Of a stretch of 51,623 bases of DNA, positions 46,601 to 51,623 are shown piece after piece. This DNA comes from a virus (taxonomy: Duplodnaviria > Caudoviricetes). The position numbers were made by a program, and so were the translations under genes. The notes beneath the pieces are model-generated. The model did not search any database, was not told the origin of the DNA, and saw only the letters and a list, made by a program, of their open reading frames with translations. Every line of letters begins with the position of its first letter. Position 1 is the first letter of the stretch. The stretch is from the IMG/VR virus record IMGVR_UViG_3300030107_005790, positions 1 through 51,623 of that record; one strand, written 5' to 3'.

Positions 46601-47347
46601 CATTATATACAAGCATGGGAATCCTTTAATGGTGCTATTACAGACCCAAGGCATCCATTCCTTATTGAGATGGCTAAGAAAGGTGTTAAAGCTACTCAGT
46701 TCTTGTATTCAGCTCCATTTAGACCAGCGTTTGCAAGAACAGCATTAGGTAAAGTATTAACTCGTTTCCAGCTTTGGAGTTGGAACTCTGTTAAATTTAG
46801 AAATGATGTTATGAGGGATGCTAAGATTCATGGCTATAGACAAGGCACTCCTGAATTTGAAAGATTTAAAAGAATGGCTCAAATGGACTTATTTGTATTT
46901 GCTCTTGCTAATGCATACGCCTATTCTTTATTTGAAACAGCATTGCCTGCTCCTTGGAACTGGTTCCAAGATACAGCAGATTGGATGTTTGGTGATGAAG
47001 AAACAAGAGATAGAGCATTTTTCGGAGCGTGGCCCACAGGTCTCGCACCCTTACAAGTAGTGACTCCTCCTATAATGAGACTAGGGCCACCTGCTCTGAG
47101 AGCTATGCTTGATAACGATTATAAGAAATTAACTGATTATTATATTTATACTATGTTCCCATTTGGAAGATTAGCAAAGGATGTAATAGGACCAAACAAT
47201 GTGATTGATGCTCCTATTAATGGTATTAGTAAATTTACAGGATTGCCCTTATTACAGGCTCAGAGAAAAGCTAGTCAAAGACGTAAGGACATTGAGGCTG
47301 GCACTGTTTATAAAGTACCAACCCCTGGAAGGAATATGTTATTTTAG
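37601..47347 (+). CDS. Giant virion protein with a putative two-barrel DNA-dependent RNA polymerase domain and a zincin motif
   Basis: 3248 aa. TDG (aa ~1100), LLKG, PESVIK, RVPQDS and GGADKDGDK (DxDGD at 42161-42175). HEQGH at 39371-39385. Last gene of the ejection operon. Confidence 0.75.
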   Translation: MANEFQPSLSLEEVQTYAKDLKAFPHHYDDNQKEQLKAHADYYGVPMYTGEFDITDAVKQLAGGLVEGFTTLNIVDAPDNEYEAIIRNIGHLAGFAPGIAVAPLNAVRLTGLAKVAGALGKKSLPMFGAELATKQAKKIFKGALSGKLGSARAGQEAMGFLQKRAGAAKHVVEGAFHLGTASAISAWQGGVDEMMHSFIGGAKAGAFFRLLGNVKMSKQPQVQKNLQRLSGSLFMGLPATARGATTPEQVYEYLMGAYFGGSEVHWTKAKSQQFIQKVNKDIYKDGFGLLKAKGEIELHPEFENLDPMVQKQAKKDWANIVGKKKWNYIAGHILSKRGELENFNEIIKKAKETGDYTEYYNLLEKYELIDPAEASNWKRNHRESEVLESHANIMEQTQEAFDIQESRDNLKPGDWIKRAPDNIEITGPLQVSKIHKSDSGKFVEVKGSKEAFPIEEIKIVEAPKEQRVPTETEFKVELEKGGRKPEEAPVEPIKPEKEAEKIDKVPKPKLYVGDAEIVYKKIGKKRGPKDMVPARTIYGKDGVNKIEIDKDLLRKKYDEKAWTKPKVKGVTPLPENAFRNYKEWEVFAIGHEQGHALEGPGPKRGTPEYVANENKLNQYGLDAVQRYREAQETQTIETRKKESKEFKLDITPDEIQNYDFNSDLDVGMQSAAPGEFKIETFARTKLPSKIKELAQKDGITTEVGINQAISKISQNIAKIIDKNLTYSNEIKSNEVLKELKAEYGIDFLKKGKEDNLAIGMIRNFMMRKNQLRPYETMNFTMDKGIIGELKPGVQYIPMGEPGAQKTSPAGKAINPVTPRTPFDSFMEKYYSPEEGRGFMTWESISARGKDGRFVDYEISRFRNELRNNILRDKIDAIPKVLSYKNRMKEINKLVEKEENKIFHSIAREAAEKDHYLFSGKGDFDGFFFAKVHPKIKQLNVKITDIFSGESNRSWIEKSRKDFLLGAGKNTNKKRLLEIHDTGLLNNVFHQIETINGIEIVSAKQVNKLLKKMMQKGSGFLNDSKGFNKRSQIILTNGFNSDGNFIRRHLGLKEDSYSKKTGELVEGEKLKFEVVPDFNAKAPKKDSNVLLLPNTQIMESTDGGFRTHTKLVNAMNLDGGQEFSGHNKNMHNGVIYKDGNPLGALLLKGMNHNMDKAGNKRLEEKGIWGEIPESVIKQLGGVKVGDIIEIDPSNFKYVLSTTESSHMWTPQKLYKQLSTSATMAAKNPELYKEAVNDFTSQTMKRFYGNDVFNKLLETTLKKPTKESLDKIMDNIDEIGVKNILEAARKKGNEQFTQRFYAHVLDLNVQKEIIREIENSGEINNTQANKQIAEMEGFLGGVKEEIKLAAEWAKENNNADFLEVYHNNNYFQNALTNWVNAQVLTPKIKNSALTIMRPQDVESTKLMKFNQEPAMIKENGKWKRNDKIMEFWLDEGGRKKLIETGIEGIGDIKLGDLWDNFKANKYTKEQNTEIKEVLRAVVGRVPQDSVSGAVVLRFAGFSGREGYGTWMHGVNEKFLGGADKDGDKAFVYFGGKGGLSKKTKDFIDANWDEYIDYSGKEPTLKEPKNPKSEEIFGVPLKKSDKMYYDNSVGFFSPSVRKTIASNAVRSRQALGQNSTLKTIIQSAYSIDRALNRATDGDINIRGTRYNITMTPKKEVINGRELIASSIAYSADPYDVFALKPYNHVNRVLIKSFYDFSVKPMIKKGNKFVPAKATKGTVDFAINQFIDRTLNSEKTFSTIRAVRKLNQGLYGRNWASNRKFYAGEKMEKFAEAQGIDALGDNFLPRAGSMIKQTLYRDHILKRVNETVFENILKNVNENVGRYDYLKELTGRSTFRLPDNKFIELNKLILERFDMLTDIQSVEASEFMGFLKPIWQMKAYNEKYSTFNRMIDPVRAKNMAETKEGRVELLEQILSYGEKSVKRDLDQAVSQEIIHKLITARNLSKKELAKVKEVYEKAEEIKARSYLKNRDSRNETPDPNDPFIQAGKTLKEKVPQKERHKVETPEDRAELNREQIDIEIRKYKDTLTPKLQDIFDAALLGNINRGNTAKRIKRLEKILKESFHKTHGKPGETAEQFKERMRRVEIELQQLIHDGAKHNTSVLGWQSKEVNRNVKKFFIGKKLSIFDKSKPEKVEKIVNNAKKKLETTSEIQNEIKEPIEKIKKQIKKEMEVEQLSFDFGKGSKPEIKKILANEIEIKLNNLDKYVEKLVNEPLPLRERNIDKLLEDVVDKHIVELQHQKNIDHLLEIDPSRGLRGLVKGKMSDLPKEYQSVVAELQEHLKFYNNKISHNFAEIVGGILKKEVNTLNLHDYKVLNNYFKDLRGGSFFQKIFGDKAPEIHKRYYWLFPDSVNKEMMKYEIDWLKKEGLVLTKEGTMKTANVAVPTWTLSKLTHFVAKMQDQAAGQADEWIGNLKTDMLFLGNVAEGETLRQIAVRKRELDLQNVSPAEKKELTDNYNKILKESKYEQKLKNKRYTITNAEGKREELTGEQIVDRINNSYTKFFTKMYDFIKGKGGLTDKDNIPEALKQFIDKKDPWQDVEATVPKINWKKFLKYMEDAYNRGEDVSYEFGIDGLRMVSNSMLVDFAKELEDAGKAKKGSFSSRLKRRKIEPTGFQGDKTGQSAGYWARMMTSPSAAIEAAKKQIELIKADTKLSKEAKDKKIAEVLIRQHSLTGDWHFNEMDVYENFDAAVDVIIKKQKKQEGVGIDWFDANQVSPNMRKRTGVASGYSIDATVPETYARNIANLYSKHLSQIYSRATVDKAYKRHAKKWGEELAWGWRQYFTLYVNDALGNPVRIPDNVLDSPVMKVKGTPYAWWADDKMLDRVNSIAKKLGVGGRDLPEGLEPVTMHRMRHWGNLEAQYQMASLLAHPKSMVTNIFGGAMHTVESVGFRTWRNARNLDYLRKINPEWKSIEDLNAFVLEHGVIPEYISYEAGLSKEVRTANAQNFIKDVVNKVKKNPDLKNTDLMTLAKEHGVTDRVRNFAAKFLTVPEKALRRDAFMAHYIQAWESFNGAITDPRHPFLIEMAKKGVKATQFLYSAPFRPAFARTALGKVLTRFQLWSWNSVKFRNDVMRDAKIHGYRQGTPEFERFKRMAQMDLFVFALANAYAYSLFETALPAPWNWFQDTADWMFGDEETRDRAFFGAWPTGLAPLQVVTPPIMRLGPPALRAMLDNDYKKLTDYYIYTMFPFGRLAKDVIGPNNVIDAPINGISKFTGLPLLQAQRKASQRRKDIEAGTVYKVPTPGRNMLF

Positions 47348-47357
47348 CCGCCATGTA

Positions 47358-47669
47358 TCAAGTATTATTTTTTTCCTCAACCATTCCCCAAAGTAACATA
47401 AGGTAGACTATTGCATCTTTTATTCTCCCTCGGACATCCTCTCGTTGCGATGTATGCCCGTTCGCCCAACTTACTATCCCGTCTTTGTGCTTTAGGAAGT
47501 AGGTTAGCAAAACTTTTTCTGGAGAACTATCCAAATCTTTTGCTACCCTTTTAAAGTTAGCAAATACATCACTCTGCGTGCGCGCGTACTCTTTCTGTCC
47601 CTGCTCCCTTGTTTGCACTACTTCCTTCATTATCTTTTTTGTCAGTGTCCTGAACTTCGTTAGTTTCAT
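47358..47669 (-). CDS. All-alpha NTP pyrophosphohydrolase-like / nucleotide-modification-associated protein (start probably 47669)
   Basis: KEYA...DVFANF...KH.D...EDVRGRIKDAIVYLMLL pattern. SD AGGAG before ATG 47669. Confidence 0.6.
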   Translation of the reverse strand: MKLTKFRTLTKKIMKEVVQTREQGQKEYARTQSDVFANFKRVAKDLDSSPEKVLLTYFLKHKDGIVSWANGHTSQREDVRGRIKDAIVYLMLLWGMVEEKNNT

Positions 47670-47859
47670 TTTTATCTCCTCCAACTTTTGATTTAACAAA
47701 TTCTATAAAATCTTGGTTATCTCCTTTATATGTAAGTAATAAGTCAAAGAGATTTTCCAATGTAGTTAGACGTTCTCTTAATGAAACACACTCATGTGCT
47801 ATTGTTTGTACTGATTGCCATAATTGCTCATTATTTGGACTTTTTTTCTTTTTAGCCAA
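47569..47859 (-). CDS. Hypothetical protein
   Basis: TTG start with SD GGAGG. Coiled coil. Confidence 0.6.
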   Translation of the reverse strand: MAKKKKSPNNEQLWQSVQTIAHECVSLRERLTTLENLFDLLLTYKGDNQDFIEFVKSKVGGDKNETNEVQDTDKKDNEGSSANKGAGTERVRAHAE

Positions 47860-48085
47860 GTGAACCCTCCTTCATTTGTTTTCTAAAGTTTTTAGACCCA
47901 TATTCTTCCCTATACACACATTTTTTACAAGTATTGAAAGTGGTTTTAGGTATATGGTCTTCTATATGTTGAAAAGCTTTATAAATCCACCTATCTTGAA
48001 CCTTTTCTGTTCCACATATTTCACAAGCAAAGTAACTTCTACCTGTTTTTGATGCAATTCTTTCTTTATATCTATTTGTCGCCAT
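47852..48085 (-). CDS. Small Zn-finger protein
   Basis: CEIC...CKKC. Confidence 0.7.
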   Translation of the reverse strand: MATNRYKERIASKTGRSYFACEICGTEKVQDRWIYKAFQHIEDHIPKTTFNTCKKCVYREEYGSKNFRKQMKEGSLG

Positions 48086-48365
48086 CTTCTTCCAATGTTC
48101 TTTTTACAACAATAGACATATTTGCTGTAGCTTCTTTTAATCCTTTTAAAGCATTCATATTCCTATATAAATTCATTTTATCAGGATTAGCAGGTTCTGA
48201 TTCATACTTCTCCTTGCCATCACAAGCTTTTTTAAATAGCTTTTTATTAAAATTAGGGTCTATATCAGCAAAGTATCTTGCTATTGTATTTACAAAGGCA
48301 ATCTTTACTTTACTACTTATTAATATCTCGTGGCATATTTTTGCAATTACCGCATAGTCCATCAA
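48072..48365 (-). CDS. Hypothetical protein
   Basis: YFADIDPNFNKKLFKKAC motif. Overlaps its neighbours. Confidence 0.65.
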   Translation of the reverse strand: MMDYAVIAKICHEILISSKVKIAFVNTIARYFADIDPNFNKKLFKKACDGKEKYESEPANPDKMNLYRNMNALKGLKEATANMSIVVKRTLEEDGDK

Positions 48366-48564
48366 TACGTTCCTCCATTTCTTTCATTTTCATTATAAGC
48401 ACATATACTTTATGCTTTAAGTTTTCTATCTCTTGCTGCCATTCAACTGGAGGATGTGCTAGCTCCTCCAGCTTGGCAAGCCTTTCTTCTATTACTTTTA
48501 CACCGTTCTCTCTATAGACATACTTAACTTTTGTTCCTTTTTTAAAGGTATTGCTCTGGCTCAT
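48313..48564 (-). CDS. Hypothetical coiled-coil protein
   Basis: 83 aa. SD AAGGAG. Confidence 0.6.
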   Translation of the reverse strand: MSQSNTFKKGTKVKYVYRENGVKVIEERLAKLEELAHPPVEWQQEIENLKHKVYVLIMKMKEMEERIDGLCGNCKNMPRDINK

Positions 48565-49333
48565 CCATTAACTCCTTTTTCTTTTCTTGATTACTTAATT
48601 TAAAAGAAGAAGGTAACTTTCGTTTCTTAAAAGGTCTTGGAGGATTTCCTCTGCCATCGCTATTCATCCAGTACCATAAATTAACAGCACCTTCTACTTC
48701 CTTTGCTAAGAACTTTAATTGCTTATATTGAGGATTAGGTCCTTTAATCCATCTATCGCCCAAATATAGCCCTCTAAGCTCATCTATGTAGTATTCCTTA
48801 CCATAGCCACATTGCTCCATTATAGTGTCCCATAGTATTTTATAACAACTTGCCTGTAAATCATGACTTTTATAGTAACCACCTGTTTTTATGTCTATCA
48901 AGACATTCTTATTATCTATTTTGGCTATAAAGTCGAATCTACCTGCAAAGCGTATACCTGGATAAGCAAGCATTTCTTCTATTGCTATTATCTCAGGATT
49001 TGTTTCTTTCCACCACTTTTCAAAACACATAACTCTTTTGATAACTTCTGGTCCATAATCTTTTACTAGCACTTCCTCTCCTTTCATAAGGTCTTCTGCT
49101 ATGTCATGAACTAAAGTTCCTCTTTCTGCGGCAGCGTCCCTTACTTGACATGCTATATCATAACTTGCATGACTTGCTACCCATTTAAGAAAGTTCTCTC
49201 CTTTATCTACAACAGATAAAATAGATGTTACTGATGGCACCCAATCTCCGCTTCCTTTTATTGAATACCATCTTGTGTTTCCTTCCATGGAGATGATTGG
49301 ATTCATTTCTTTCCATTTTTTGAGTTTAATCAA
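48542..49333 (-). CDS. PD-(D/E)xK exonuclease (Cas4/RecB-like phage family)
   Basis: PSVTSIL, RGTLVH, E, AGRFD, IDIKTG, QASCY. Confidence 0.88.
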   Translation of the reverse strand: MIKLKKWKEMNPIISMEGNTRWYSIKGSGDWVPSVTSILSVVDKGENFLKWVASHASYDIACQVRDAAAERGTLVHDIAEDLMKGEEVLVKDYGPEVIKRVMCFEKWWKETNPEIIAIEEMLAYPGIRFAGRFDFIAKIDNKNVLIDIKTGGYYKSHDLQASCYKILWDTIMEQCGYGKEYYIDELRGLYLGDRWIKGPNPQYKQLKFLAKEVEGAVNLWYWMNSDGRGNPPRPFKKRKLPSSFKLSNQEKKKELMDEPEQYL

Positions 49334-49704
49334 AACAGCTCCTTTAACGGCAATAGGAACATAACGCTTGTATTATTATCTCCTCCTTGCTCAAGCCTTC
49401 CATGCCCTTCTGCCCTTATTTCTTTTATTCTTTTTTTCATTTCTTCTGTCGGCAATATCACTATCCCCTTCACTATGCTATTCTCTGTTAATATATGGCA
49501 CCAGTAATCTGATTCTGTTGTTTGTATACCACTAGGCTTGTTCCTACTCCTAAGTTCAACAGCAATGTTTCCTGTTGATTTCCATATATCTCTTTCTGTT
49601 TTTACTTCTATTTTCTTGCTAGTCAATATATTAGCAAGTTTGGTTTCGAATATCTCTCCAAACTGCAAATCTATATCAAACTTACTATCGTTGTTTTTTC
49701 TCAT
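49330..49704 (-). CDS. PD-(D/E)xK-like nuclease-fold protein (start probably 49704, MRKNND)
   Basis: FDIDLQFGE..E, IEVKTER...TGNIAVE, PSGI..TESDYW. SD GGAG before 49704. The longer ORF start overlaps the Zn-finger gene. Confidence 0.7.
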   Translation of the reverse strand: MRKNNDSKFDIDLQFGEIFETKLANILTSKKIEVKTERDIWKSTGNIAVELRSRNKPSGIQTTESDYWCHILTENSIVKGIVILPTEEMKKRIKEIRAEGHGRLEQGGDNNTSVMFLLPLKELF

Positions 49705-49720
49705 TTTCTTTTCTCCGTAT

Positions 49721-49951
49721 TTAGAGGCCAGGTAGGCTCTTAGGGAATTTTCTGGGTTCTGCTTCCATGTCCCAGTACCACCAATAGCCTGGCTTTCTAT
49801 GGGACTTGAGCTTTGGCTTGTTTTTTTGCCTATATTCTTTGCATTCTTTATTGTGGCATTTTTTGCATAGCGACCTGTATCTCCCATAAAACTCAACCTC
49901 TCCTTCTACTTTTTTGCATTCTTTGCATATTTTCACTCTTGGTGTATTCAT
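49721..49951 (-). CDS. Zn-finger protein
   Basis: CKEC...CKKC. SD GAGG. Confidence 0.65.
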   Translation of the reverse strand: MNTPRVKICKECKKVEGEVEFYGRYRSLCKKCHNKECKEYRQKNKPKLKSHRKPGYWWYWDMEAEPRKFPKSLPGL

Positions 49952-49963
49952 TGTTATTCCTCA

Positions 49964-50446
49964 TTAATATCTATCTGATTTTGCTAACTTTCTTAATACA
50001 TATTTTTCTACTATTTCTGGTTGTCTTTTTAACCAACTTAGTATTTTTCCATACTGTCTATCTGTTAGCGTTCCTTTCCTTGTATTGCACCTGCCGCATA
50101 TTAGCTGCAAGTTCTTTAAGTTTGATTTACCTCCCAAAGAAAGTGGTATTACATGGTCACACACTGTATTCTTTATAGTCATTTTGCATCCACAGTACTT
50201 ACACTTCTTTCCATAAGACTTTAACAGCATGTCTCTTATTTCTTTAAGAGTTATATTAAACTCTACTTCATACTCTTTACTTCTTTTGCGTAACGAAGAC
50301 CTTAGTGTAGAAGACTTTTTCATGAGCCTGTGGAATACATTTTTCCACATATGCCCATGAAAAGCCTTCAATACTTTGGCAAATCTAATCTGCCAATTGT
50401 CTAAGATACTTTTACGCTTTGATTTCTTGCGTTTCATCTTAGCCAT
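49964..50446 (-). CDS. HNH endonuclease
   Basis: CKYC...DHVIPLSLGG...NLQLICGRCNTRKG. Confidence 0.92.
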   Translation of the reverse strand: MAKMKRKKSKRKSILDNWQIRFAKVLKAFHGHMWKNVFHRLMKKSSTLRSSLRKRSKEYEVEFNITLKEIRDMLLKSYGKKCKYCGCKMTIKNTVCDHVIPLSLGGKSNLKNLQLICGRCNTRKGTLTDRQYGKILSWLKRQPEIVEKYVLRKLAKSDRY

Positions 50447-50452
50447 ATCTCA

Positions 50453-50653
50453 CTACGCCTTTGTTAATGGTGTTGTTTGCTTGTAGCCTTTTTTGCTTCT
50501 AAGAGCAAAGCCTATTGTAAACTCTAGCATAAATAATCCTATACTTAAAGACCAATAAGTCCCTACTCTTCTTTTCGCTCTATTTCCTTGTATGTAGAAT
50601 CTTCTAAATAAAGTTATAGAAAATCCATCTCCAAGGTTGAAGTATTCTATCAT
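50453..50653 (-). CDS. Small hypothetical protein
   Basis: ATGA overlap with the helicase stop. SD AGGAG. Confidence 0.6.
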   Translation of the reverse strand: MIEYFNLGDGFSITLFRRFYIQGNRAKRRVGTYWSLSIGLFMLEFTIGFALRSKKGYKQTTPLTKA

Positions 50654-51523
50654 ATATCAGTTCTCCTCATTCTAAAGCTTGGAGTCCATTCTAATTCACA
50701 AGAAAATAACTCTCCATCTGTATTCTTAAACATCTGAACAGTTTTATTCTTAGAATTAGCTTGTCCTTTTAAGCCAATTACTTTTCTACTAGCATTCTCA
50801 ATTGCTCCTGAGCCTTTGCCAGCGTACAAGTCTAGAACTTCGTTACGTGAATAATCCCGTGCTACTTGTGATATTTGTATGATAATGATATCCATATTAA
50901 CAGCCATATTAGACAAACTATGAGAAATATATTTTATTTGTTCGTATTCTGACCTTATGTTGCTAGGCGTTGCTACTAAATCAATATAGTCAACGATTAC
51001 AACAGCAGGTTGCAGCTCTCTTATTTTTCCCTTTATCTGTTCTAATGTAGGTGAAACTGTTTGTATAGATAGATGCTGTAATTGATGACCATGCTTTTCA
51101 TATATACCTGAATAGTTGTCATTAACAGTATCTTTATCAGTATCGCTTACTATCTGTAAGTGCCTTTTATGCATATACCAATCTGATAATTCTAGAGATA
51201 GGAATAATGTAGGAATTTGATATTTCTTATCAATCTCATTCTTTACAAAGTCCAATCCTAGTACCAGATTCTGTGCAAATGTAGTTTTATTACATCCTGT
51301 AGGGCCAAATATAGTAACTAGCTCTCCAGGATATATTTTACTATCAACACTCAATCCAAGCATTCCTGATAAATCTACACATCTACCACTAAAGTCAGTT
51401 GTCAACCTTTCATGTAGCTCTCCTTGCAATTCCTCGGCACCTTTAACCTCTATAAGATAATCTTTCCTCTTAAAGAATACACACCTTGGTTTACAATGTT
51501 TAACCATCAATTTATCTTGACAA
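50650..51523 (-). CDS. C-terminal SF4 (DnaB/RecA-like) helicase part of the primase-helicase fusion (continues from 1..896)
   Basis: Cys cluster ..SCQD...HCKPRC, then Walker A variant GPTGCNKT, FLSLEL, VIVDYID, ISQVAR and GSGAIEN. Confidence 0.9.
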
Positions 51524-51623
51524 CTGTAGCAATATCCACCGTTATAAGTGTCCTCAACCAATCTTTCTATCTCTGATTGTTCAAGGTTGTTATCATTCCA
51601 ATGCATCATTGCAGCCTTTACAA
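51524..51623. repeat. Terminal direct repeat, right copy
   Basis: Copy of 1-100 with one mismatch. Confidence 0.97.

Noticed and set aside
9513-47347. Stop-codon reassignment as seen in some crAss-like phages
   Set aside because: Standard-code ORFs tile the genome densely, and TAA, TAG and TGA all end genes at sensible coupled junctions.
12044-47396. Minus-strand and nested alternative-frame ORFs inside the virion arm
   Set aside because: They overlap long motif-bearing plus-strand CDSs and have shadow-like composition.

Overview
The window is an apparently complete, circularly closed genome of a tailed dsDNA phage. Bases 1-100 recur at 51524-51623 with one synonymous mismatch, so the unit length is about 51,523 bp. 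It has two arms that diverge from a non-coding region at about 8930-9510. The minus-strand early/replication arm runs 8929->1 and continues 51523->47358. It carries small ORFs, many G-U-rich RNA stems, a ParB-like protein, a Sak4-like ATPase with a probable SSB, an origin-spanning AEP primase-polymerase/PriL-like/SF4 helicase fusion, and HNH and PD-(D/E)xK nucleases. The plus-strand virion arm (9513->47347) carries a lysozyme-like protein, TerS, TerL, a P22-like portal, scaffold, major capsid, decoration and tail proteins, ejection proteins and a 3248-aa protein. I recognised no integrase, family A/B DNA polymerase, tRNA or CRISPR array. The most striking features are three. (1) A compact phage-encoded ubiquitin-like conjugation operon (Ubl -> E2-like -> JAB/JAMM protease -> ThiF/E1, 5446->2096) with plausible catalytic motifs in every enzyme. 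(2) A giant ejection-locus protein with the motif set of a two-barrel, crAss-gp66/RdRP-like RNA polymerase plus a zincin motif, in a small genome that uses Shine-Dalgarno and sigma70-type signals. (3) A cluster of tandem structured RNA elements in the early leader. All family assignments come from motifs read by eye, not from database searches.
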